Shown here: positions 19,567 to 27,301 of the stretch, piece after piece | Position numbering within the stretch: the stretch's first letter is position 1 | Layout of the letters: each line of letters begins with the position of its first letter | Origin: a virus | Taxonomy: Duplodnaviria > Caudoviricetes | Virus record (IMG/VR): IMGVR_UViG_3300036833_000307 | Span: 1 to 64,000 of that record | Length of the DNA: 64,000 bases | Reading direction: 5' to 3' (one strand) | Notes under the pieces: model-generated | The model's database searches: none | What the model was told of the DNA's origin: nothing | Seen by the model: the letters and a program-made list of their open reading frames with translations, nothing else | Program-made: the position numbers and the translations under genes

Positions 19567-21050
19567 GGCGGCATGCCAACGCTGGCTCGCGAGGCGAGCG
19601 CCGCCTCGCGCATGAAGTCGATGATGCCGGTCGTGCTGTCCATCAGCAACATGTAGCCCAGCGCCACGGCATCGACCTGGTCATCGTGGCTGCCGGCGGG
19701 AAACGAGGTGAGTTCGTCGAGAAATGCCTCGGTCCAGTTAGCCCGGTAGAGTTTGACGTTGCCGATGCGGCATTGCGCGGCAAACGGATCGGCCCGATCG
19801 ATCTTGGTGTCGGACTGCGGAAACGCCGTCACCGGATAGCCGGGAATGACCTGGGTCACGTATTGCTGGGCCTGGAACTTGCCGGCCTGCGCCGGGTCCT
19901 GCGGGATCGCGATCTTGGTCATCGGCCCATCCTGTTGAGCCACCGCCTTGACCCGCTGCTGTACGCCGCCCGGGTCTTCGCGGAAACGGACCACCGAGGC
20001 GACATAGAGGATCCCGGTGGCGTTGTGGCGGCCGATCTTCACGCCGACCGACCAGTCTGGGTCAGCCTTGATCGATTTCGCGGTGCCTGCAAAATCCCAG
20101 CCGCGCGCCCAGGTGATGCCGTCGATCGGCATCTCGTCGACCACCTCGAACCACTCGCGCTTGAACAGGCCGCCCTCGCGTGAAGTCGGACGCTGCTGCT
20201 GCTGGCCGGCGACCGCGTAATCACGCAGCGTTTCCCACAGTCCTTCGAGGACCTCGTCACTGAACTTCTCCGGCCACAGCGGCTCGCCTGGGGTACGCCG
20301 CCAGTCATAGGCGTGCCGCTCCGGGTGATCCGGCTCGAACCGCGCCGGCAGGATGACATGTTGGTAGCCGCGGCGGATGCATTCGCCCTGCACATCGCCT
20401 TGGTTAACCCGTTGACCGATAACAACGGATACGCCCTGGTCTGGATTGTTGAAGCGCGAACTCATGCTTTCGAACCAGAACGAGATCGCCCGCACGCGAT
20501 CAGCGTCGCTTTCGGCATTCACCACATCGTGCGGGTCGTCAAACGTTGCGAAATCTGCCCCGTGACCGGTGATGCCGGTGTGGGGAGAACCGACATAACG
20601 CTGCCCGCCAGCGGTGGTCATGTAGAACATTTTTTGGTGCTGATCGCGCTCCAGCCTTACTTCAGGCCAACGTTCGCGATACCACGGATGTTCGACTAGA
20701 CGTCGCGTGGCAAGGCTGTCGCGCGTCGCTAGGCGCTGATCGTAGCTGCAAGAAATAATCTTACAAGACGGCCACCAAGTCCACAGCCAAGCCGGAAACG
20801 CCACAGAGCACAGCAGTGATTTAGAATAGCGCGGCGGGATGCAGATCAGTAATTTGAGGATTTCGCGCCGGGCGGCGCGCTGCAGATGATGTGTGATGAT
20901 CCGGATGTGCTTACCCGGCACGAATGGTGCTGGATCGATATAAGGCCATGCCATGATATAGAAGTCATGAAAGCTGCGCCGGCCTAACTCGCGTTCGGCC
21001 TCGATCCGCTTGGCCAGAAACTCGCTGGTGACGTTCGGATCAAACGGCAT
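19563..21050 (-). CDS. terL: Terminase large subunit
   Basis: IPPRYSKS Walker A, ATFDDPH Walker B, QQQQRP, WDFA, FPAGSHDDQVDA nuclease motif. Confidence 0.95.
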   Translation of the reverse strand: MPFDPNVTSEFLAKRIEAERELGRRSFHDFYIMAWPYIDPAPFVPGKHIRIITHHLQRAARREILKLLICIPPRYSKSLLCSVAFPAWLWTWWPSCKIISCSYDQRLATRDSLATRRLVEHPWYRERWPEVRLERDQHQKMFYMTTAGGQRYVGSPHTGITGHGADFATFDDPHDVVNAESDADRVRAISFWFESMSSRFNNPDQGVSVVIGQRVNQGDVQGECIRRGYQHVILPARFEPDHPERHAYDWRRTPGEPLWPEKFSDEVLEGLWETLRDYAVAGQQQQRPTSREGGLFKREWFEVVDEMPIDGITWARGWDFAGTAKSIKADPDWSVGVKIGRHNATGILYVASVVRFREDPGGVQQRVKAVAQQDGPMTKIAIPQDPAQAGKFQAQQYVTQVIPGYPVTAFPQSDTKIDRADPFAAQCRIGNVKLYRANWTEAFLDELTSFPAGSHDDQVDAVALGYMLLMDSTTGIIDFMREAALASRASVGMPP

Positions 21051-21071
21051 GCGTCAACAGCTCACAGCAAT

Positions 21072-21158
21072 CCGCCCCCGGTTATGGAAACCGAGGGCGG
21101 CTGCGCCTGCCGCGCCGTGACGTGACTGGCTTAGACAAGCCGTGACTTGCCTGGCCGC
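21072..21158 (-). ncRNA. Stand-alone GGC-NN mini-array (solo guide 1)
   Basis: Minus strand ggcCA ggcAA gtcAC ggcTT gtcTA agcCA gtcAC gtcAC ggcGC ggca ggcgc then a hairpin (21072-21100); TTGCCT at 21186-21191 upstream. Confidence 0.75.
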
Positions 21159-21669
21159 AAAGCGATTAACACGTCCCATCCCAATAGGCAAGTTAAACTT
21201 TGCCATCACATACGCTATCCCCAGGGCTCAAGCTTCCTCTCCAAATGCTGGCCGAACCGGACGAGCTCGAACAGCGAGTTAGCCAACACGATCCGTTCGT
21301 CGCGCGGAAAGCGCCGGGCAAACTCACGTTCGAGGAAGCTGATCGTCTGGTCGACCTCGAACACCCGAGGATCGACCGTGCTGTGCCAGCTATCGCTATC
21401 CTTGTCATCGGATCGCCGCAGATGGATGACCATGGTCATCTCCGAAGTCGCTCACGACGAGCTTACCCCGAAAGGAGGGTGAATATGATCCCGTCCGCGC
21501 CGACCGATTTCTGGGACCGCGTCATCGACCGCCTCGCCCGCCACATCTGGGACCGCGAGACATCCAACAACGCCTTTGTCAGCACTTCGATGGAACGGCG
21601 GATCGCGCTCACAAAAACGCCCTCGGCCGAGACCGAGGGCGTTCATCCGGGTAGTGAGCAGCGGTCGGC

Positions 21670-22401
21670 TTAGCGACGGCGGCGCAACCGAGTGATCCCG
21701 AGGCCCAGGAGGCCGACGCCGAGCACGGCGAGCGTCGCCGGCTCGGGAACCGGGATCATAGTGCACGTATTGTCGGCATTGAGCGTGCAGACGCCTGATA
21801 CGCGCGGCTGCTTGAACTTTTCGAAGCCGTATGGACCACTCGTCCCAGTGGCCTGAGTTACCTGGATATCGGTTATGACTTCGCCCGCGCTCGCTTCGAT
21901 GGTGACGAAGTTCTGCCCCTTCGCCAACACGTCGGAAAAGTTGTTGCCCATGTTATCAGTAACGTAGATATTGCTGGTGCCGATGCCGTTCTGCTCATTA
22001 AGGATGGCGTCGGTCCAGCCGAAACCCGGGCCGGGTTTCATTTCCATCGAGGTCAGCAGGTTAGTCAGGCCGCCGGCCGCGGTCGGGCATTTGGCCGCGG
22101 TGTCGGCGCAGATCAGCGAGCCCTGGCCGACGCCGTCCGCCTGGAACAGCTGTCCGGTGCCAGCACCACCGAGCGAGCCGGCCCCTTTGGCGAAGGTGGT
22201 ATCGAACAGCACCGGCGACATGGTCTTGTTGGTGTCGCCGTTGTGACTTAGGCCCGGCAGCAGGTTGGCGGCCTCGAACTGGATGTTCTGTTCGCTCGGC
22301 TGCGGCACCTGCCCGTCGATGAACACGATGGTGGCGCGAGCTTGCGTAGCGATGGCGGCGAGCATTGCCGCCATCACCCCCGCCACGATCAGGCTACGCA
22401 T
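21670..22401 (-). CDS. PEP-CTERM sorting-domain protein
   Basis: Signal peptide plus C-terminal VPEPATLAVLGVGLLGLGITRLRRRR. Confidence 0.9.
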   Translation of the reverse strand: MRSLIVAGVMAAMLAAIATQARATIVFIDGQVPQPSEQNIQFEAANLLPGLSHNGDTNKTMSPVLFDTTFAKGAGSLGGAGTGQLFQADGVGQGSLICADTAAKCPTAAGGLTNLLTSMEMKPGPGFGWTDAILNEQNGIGTSNIYVTDNMGNNFSDVLAKGQNFVTIEASAGEVITDIQVTQATGTSGPYGFEKFKQPRVSGVCTLNADNTCTMIPVPEPATLAVLGVGLLGLGITRLRRRR

Positions 22402-23126
22402 TAGCTGCGCCTCCGCAGCCGCCGCACTGCGCCAAGGCCGATTAGCCCAACGCCCATAATAGCGAGCGAGGTCGGCTCCGGCACCGCGGTAACGCTGGAA
22501 ACGATGGTCTGCCCGCGGCTCAACAGCGTGCCGCCAGCGTTCAAGCTGAACACGGCGTTTTCAGTCAAGCTGAACGGCGAGCTGGCCGCAAACGCTACCG
22601 GCACATTGCCGGTCGAGAAGCTGTCAGTGGCGCCGATGGCGGTATGCGAGAAGGTATCGAGCAGCGTGCCCGGAGTGACCCCTGGAGCAGTGGCGCCCTG
22701 CCCGTTGGCCGTGTCGCCAAACCACGTCAGGGTAGCGGTCGAGCCATTGCTGTTCTGGTAGGTGCCCGAGCCAGACAATGTTGCCGTCGTAACCGGTGCG
22801 GTAAAGCCTATATCGCTCACCGTGACAGTGCCGCTGATCGCGCCGGCATTGTTGTTGATCACCGACAGGCTGCTGGTGTTGAGGATGTTGGCGGCTCCGC
22901 CAGCAACGCCGAGCTGGCTGGTCTGGATGCTGCCGTTAACCGTCACCCCGCCGAGCGTGAGGTTGTTGAGTTGCAGCGTGCCGGTGGCCGGGTTGGTATC
23001 GCAAACTGCGTTGTCGGAGCAAGTGAAGATCACGCCATTTATATCGGCGGCGATCATCAGCGTGGCGCTGGCCGGAACGGCATAAGTCAGCCCGAGCAGC
23101 GCCGTTGTGGTGAGCAGTCGCTTCAT
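22401..23126 (-). CDS. PEP-CTERM sorting-domain protein
   Basis: MKRLLTTTALLGL signal peptide plus VPEPTSLAIMGVGLIGLGAVRRLRRRS. Confidence 0.9.
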   Translation of the reverse strand: MKRLLTTTALLGLTYAVPASATLMIAADINGVIFTCSDNAVCDTNPATGTLQLNNLTLGGVTVNGSIQTSQLGVAGGAANILNTSSLSVINNNAGAISGTVTVSDIGFTAPVTTATLSGSGTYQNSNGSTATLTWFGDTANGQGATAPGVTPGTLLDTFSHTAIGATDSFSTGNVPVAFAASSPFSLTENAVFSLNAGGTLLSRGQTIVSSVTAVPEPTSLAIMGVGLIGLGAVRRLRRRS

Positions 23127-23268
23127 TGGGTTCTCCCTTTTCCAGAGGCCCTGGGTGATATAGCCGTAGCCTCCAGTGATGAATTTAGCCGAGAACCCGG
23201 CATGCATGTTGTAAGAAGTTCAGAGCAGCTGGGGTTGCAATCCGTTTACACCTAAGTTAGCCTCAGGG

Positions 23269-23763
23269 ATGGCCATTAAGATCAATCCCCTGCCTGCCGT
23301 GGCTCTGCTCCGCAAGAGCTTCTCGTACGATCCTCAAACGGGAATATTCACCTGGAAAAAGCATCGCAGCATGACCGGCAAGCAAGCTGGATCAACCATG
23401 AGTACCGGCCATGTCTTGTTGCGGCTAGCCGGTCATCAGATGCTCGCCCACCGCGTCGCCTGGTCCTATGTGCATGGCAGCGTGCCGGTCAACCAGGAGA
23501 TCGACCATATCAACAACAACCACAGCGATAACCGCATCGTCAATCTGCGACTGGTCACGCATCAGATGTCCTGTCAGAACCGATCAGTCGATGGCGGCAT
23601 TTCTCGCAGCGGGAGAAAATGGCGCGTCCATGGTATCTTCGACGGCAAGAGCATTATCGTCGGTTCTTATACCAGCGAGAAAGCCGCGGCCCGAGCCTCA
23701 GATCGCTGGCGGCGGATAAATTATCCCGGCTACATCGGCGGCAAACCCAAAGCCAAAGCCTGA
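23269..23763 (+). CDS. HNH homing endonuclease (AP2-like C-terminus)
   Basis: FSYDPQTG...AHRVAWSY...EIDHINNNHSDNRIVNLRLVT. Confidence 0.9.
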   Translation: MAIKINPLPAVALLRKSFSYDPQTGIFTWKKHRSMTGKQAGSTMSTGHVLLRLAGHQMLAHRVAWSYVHGSVPVNQEIDHINNNHSDNRIVNLRLVTHQMSCQNRSVDGGISRSGRKWRVHGIFDGKSIIVGSYTSEKAAARASDRWRRINYPGYIGGKPKAKA

Positions 23764-23830
23764 GCCTTGAGGCCGACAAACGAAAATGCGCCCCGCGAGA
23801 GGCGCATCTCCGTGTTTCGTCAGGCGTCGT

Positions 23831-24427
23831 TCAGAGGGCCGGCGGCGTCCTCCCAGCAGCTGCTGGCGTCGGCACGCCAGGGTGGCTCTCGGAGGGCACG
23901 ATGGCCATCGTCCAGCCGCCTTCTTCCGTCCAGTACGCCACGACATCCCAATTTTCGAGCACCCGTTGTGGTCCTTCCGGCGGGACAACGATAGGATGGC
24001 TCGGGAGCGGCGGCCATATTGTTGTCGGGGGCGGAACGACTATCGGATGCTCCGGCCTCGCATTGGGCGGCCATATTTCCGGCGGCAAAACGATCGGGTG
24101 TGCGGGGTAACCGGGCACTGCCGGGGGTGGAATCACGATCGGATGTTCCGGGTGCGTTCCATCAATGAAGCCGGGCGGAATCACGATAGGGTGCACAGGC
24201 AGCGGTGGCGGTCCACCTGGGGCGATTGGATGGGCTGGATATCCTGGGCTGGGCCAGATGCCAGGAGGTGGGCCGCCAGGCGCTATCGGATGGCTGGGCA
24301 TGGGGGGCGACACGCCACCCCAGAAGCCAGGGGGAGCGCCGCCTCCACCGCTAGGCGGCAGGATCGGGCCACCGCCGACTTCCGGCAGGTAGATTTTGCC
24401 CACGAAGACTGCGTCGTATTGCGGCAT
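23831..24427 (-). CDS. Proline-rich protein with P-x-H-P-I repeats
   Basis: Repeated PSHPI/PAHPI/PEHPI; GAGGAG RBS. Confidence 0.7.
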   Translation of the reverse strand: MPQYDAVFVGKIYLPEVGGGPILPPSGGGGAPPGFWGGVSPPMPSHPIAPGGPPPGIWPSPGYPAHPIAPGGPPPLPVHPIVIPPGFIDGTHPEHPIVIPPPAVPGYPAHPIVLPPEIWPPNARPEHPIVVPPPTTIWPPLPSHPIVVPPEGPQRVLENWDVVAYWTEEGGWTMAIVPSESHPGVPTPAAAGRTPPAL

Positions 24428-24559
24428 GACGGTTTCTCTCCTCAGTTTGATGGCTTGGTCGGGGGCGGAAAGTTCGGCGACGTTCCAGGTTATCGCCCAG
24501 TGTCCACGATCATGGAAGGGGTTTAGTTTTCCACCGCTGCGCTGGTCATCGTTCGGTCA

Positions 24560-24907
24560 TCACCGATTGGTTGGCACACCAGGCCCGACGAGTGCCGCCG
24601 CCTTCTCGAACTCCTGTTGCGCAGCTTGCTGCAAATCGCCGATTATCCGGGTCAGCCGTTCGAACCCCCGCATGAGGTCTTCGAACTGCTGTTCGGTGAG
24701 CATCGGCTGGGCATCGACATTGAGCAGCTGCACCGCGACTGGCACGATCTGAGAATAATTGATTAATGTCCGGATACAACTCCGCAGGTTACTATCCAAC
24801 TCAGCTGCCTTGGGATAACCGCTGGCTTTGCGCTGCGCAATGACCGCATCAGCTGCAGGCAACGGAGCAGCAGCCGGCAGGATAGCCGGCAGGACGGGAA
24901 GCGCCAT
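24560..24907 (-). CDS. Hypothetical protein
   Basis: 115-aa ORF with plausible RBS. Confidence 0.55.
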   Translation of the reverse strand: MALPVLPAILPAAAPLPAADAVIAQRKASGYPKAAELDSNLRSCIRTLINYSQIVPVAVQLLNVDAQPMLTEQQFEDLMRGFERLTRIIGDLQQAAQQEFEKAAALVGPGVPTNR

Positions 24908-25032
24908 GGATCAGCCCCTACGGTGGATTAAATCAGCAATATCGCCTGCTCGGATCTCTCACAAGGCCGCGACCAAGGCTTCCGCTTCGACATAGCGGCG
25001 CCTTAATATCTGGTCCAGCGTAATAGGAACAA

Positions 25033-25278
25033 ATGCCGCCCCCCATTCCACCCGAGGTCGCCGAGGAAGTCACCTTGCTGGCCAACCGAATGACTGCCGG
25101 GCTCAATCTGCTCGAGGCCAGATATCGCAGCCATGCCGCGATCGCGATGATGATGCATCTGGCTGAACAAGTATTCCTCTACAGCAATTCTCCTGAAATC
25201 GGCTTTTTGCTGATGACCCAGATGCTCAACGAGACTTACCAGGAAGCGCTTTCCGGCCACGGCAAGAAAATCCAGTGA
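25033..25278 (+). CDS. Hypothetical protein, first gene of rightward operon
   Basis: AGGA RBS; 81 aa. Confidence 0.55.
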   Translation: MPPPIPPEVAEEVTLLANRMTAGLNLLEARYRSHAAIAMMMHLAEQVFLYSNSPEIGFLLMTQMLNETYQEALSGHGKKIQ

Positions 25279-25285
25279 GGTGCAT

Positions 25286-25876
25286 ATGTCAGCAATCGTG
25301 AAACAGCCGGTTGCGGCCCCGAGCGGTTGGCAGATCATGAAGATGTTGGAGATCGCCATCCAGCATCTCGAGCAACGCGATCGGGACATAACCGGCGACC
25401 AGGTTACCGAAGAACAGGACGAAGTTCTGGATACCGACATCGACGAATTGCTGGCGCTGCTGAAGAACAAGGGCTCCGATGTCGCCGGCATCATGACGGC
25501 ACTCCTGCTCGCCGGCGACGAGGGCAAACGCGAAGCCATGATGCTGGCCGAACGCGGCAAGCGCATAGCCTTGCGTCGCCAGCGCCGGCTGAACAAAGAG
25601 CGAAACTGCCGCAACGCCGCACTGCAGATCATGTTGACATTGCCCGAACTGTTTCCGGAGGGGAAATTCCGCGCCCCGCTGGTCGACGCTCAGGCACGGC
25701 CCGGTCGGCTGATCACCGCAGTCACTGACGAGACAAAAATCCCCGAGCGGTTCTTTGTCGTCACCCGCACGCTGGACAAGAACATGCTCAACGAAGCGGT
25801 CACCAAGGACGGCGAAGTAGTCGACGGCGCCGAGCTGCGCAACGGCGCGCCTTTCCTCGTCGTGAAAGTCACCTGA
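25286..25876 (+). CDS. Siphovirus Gp157-like protein
   Basis: Coiled coil plus DETKIPERFF...LDKNMLNEAVTKDGEVVDGAEL. Confidence 0.75.
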   Translation: MSAIVKQPVAAPSGWQIMKMLEIAIQHLEQRDRDITGDQVTEEQDEVLDTDIDELLALLKNKGSDVAGIMTALLLAGDEGKREAMMLAERGKRIALRRQRRLNKERNCRNAALQIMLTLPELFPEGKFRAPLVDAQARPGRLITAVTDETKIPERFFVVTRTLDKNMLNEAVTKDGEVVDGAELRNGAPFLVVKVT

Positions 25877-25907
25877 CGCAGCAATCCAAAGGAAGGAGAA
25901 ACCCAAC

Positions 25908-26762
25908 ATGCTGCTCACACGCCCATCGACCAAGACCCGCGGTAACGGTGCGCCTATGCCTCCCGCGCTGCCGAAGCGCCGCGGCCGGCCACCCAAGGTT
26001 GCCATGGCATTGGAAGTACCTGCCGCACCGGTCAAGCGCCGCGGCCGGCCGCCCAAGATAATCCGCGGATTGGAAAAAATGCGGCCGGTGAAAGCGAAAA
26101 TTCCGCCGCTCTCGGAGGGTGAGATCACTGCGCTATTGAGCGGCAAGCCACCACAGAAAATCGCTATCACCGCACCCAACCTTACCACCGCCACGATCAC
26201 CGTCGTCGGGGTAACCCCGTACGTCCAGAACGCCTTTACCGAAAAGCAACGGCTGATAATGGAAGAAACCCAACGCCAAGGTCAGCAGGCGCGTGGCAAA
26301 AAGGTGCGCAAGCCAAAGGATTTCGACGCCATCTACCGCAATGCCCAGCATCGCTCCAAGGAAGACTGGATTGGCATTCCGGCCGCCGCCTTTCGCAACG
26401 CCATGATCGACGCCACTCGTCTCGTCGGTGTCACCATGCAGCATGCCAAGATGAGCATTTTTATCGAAGCCGACGGCTACGACGCCCAAGACATGCGGGG
26501 ACTGGTCAAGATCCAGGGCGAGCCGCGACCATACAAGGCCCCGGTGCGCAATTCGAGCGGTGTCGCGGACATCAGATGGCGTCCGATGTGGGAAAAGTGG
26601 AAGGCCACCGTTCGTGTGACCTGGGATGCCGATCAGTACAGCGCAACCGACATCATGAACTTGATGTTGCGAGCAGGTCTCCAGGTCGGCATCGGTGAAG
26701 GCAGACCCAACAGTCCCAAATCCAACGGCCAGGACTGGGGCCGCTTTCGGATTGCCCCCTGA
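25908..26762 (+). CDS. RAMP/Cas7-like RNA-binding protein (VIPR-type effector candidate) with N-terminal AT-hook-like repeats
   Basis: TITVVGVTPY first strand, GIPAAAFRNAMIDA, IRWRP, C-terminal Gly-rich loop AGLQVGIGEGRP...DWGRF; two KRRGRPPK repeats; sits upstream of the GGC-NN array. Confidence 0.75.
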   Translation: MLLTRPSTKTRGNGAPMPPALPKRRGRPPKVAMALEVPAAPVKRRGRPPKIIRGLEKMRPVKAKIPPLSEGEITALLSGKPPQKIAITAPNLTTATITVVGVTPYVQNAFTEKQRLIMEETQRQGQQARGKKVRKPKDFDAIYRNAQHRSKEDWIGIPAAAFRNAMIDATRLVGVTMQHAKMSIFIEADGYDAQDMRGLVKIQGEPRPYKAPVRNSSGVADIRWRPMWEKWKATVRVTWDADQYSATDIMNLMLRAGLQVGIGEGRPNSPKSNGQDWGRFRIAP

Positions 26763-27283
26763 TGGCGGCGACACGCCGCCAGATCCGGGCCGAATTGCTA
26801 GCGCTCAAAAGCGACGACGGCCTCATCTACCCGGAGCGGGTACATGGATGGGCTCAGCGCCACCCGAATTCCGCGCTGTACAATTCGCTGAACTGGGACG
26901 ATGCCACAGCCGCGCACGAGCACCGGCTTTGGCAAATCCGACAGTTGATCCAGGTGCACATCACGATCGTCAGCGGCACCCGTGAATTCGTTTCGTTGAC
27001 CATCGACCGGGCAAGCGGCGGTGGTTATCGCGAGGTCGCCGATGTCGTCGCCTCCGGCAACCTACGGCAGATCATGTTGGACGATGCGCTCGAAGATTTG
27101 GAACGGGTGCGTCGCAAATACCAACTCCTCGACGAATTGGCGGGGGTCTGGAAGGCGGCAGAAGCCGCTCGTCCGACACCGCGCAGGAAACGGGCACAAC
27201 CCGCCCGCAAGAAGTCGTCACCCCGCCGACGGCGCCCGCTACCGGGCGGCGGTGATGATGGCCAGCCATCTGCGCCGGCATGA
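26762..27283 (+). CDS. Partner protein translationally coupled to the RAMP-like gene
   Basis: TGATG stop/start overlap; HPNSALYNSLNWDDATAAHEHRLWQIRQLI. Confidence 0.8.
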   Translation: MAATRRQIRAELLALKSDDGLIYPERVHGWAQRHPNSALYNSLNWDDATAAHEHRLWQIRQLIQVHITIVSGTREFVSLTIDRASGGGYREVADVVASGNLRQIMLDDALEDLERVRRKYQLLDELAGVWKAAEAARPTPRRKRAQPARKKSSPRRRRPLPGGGDDGQPSAPA

Positions 27284-27301
27284 AGCAGATGGATCGGCCA
27301 T

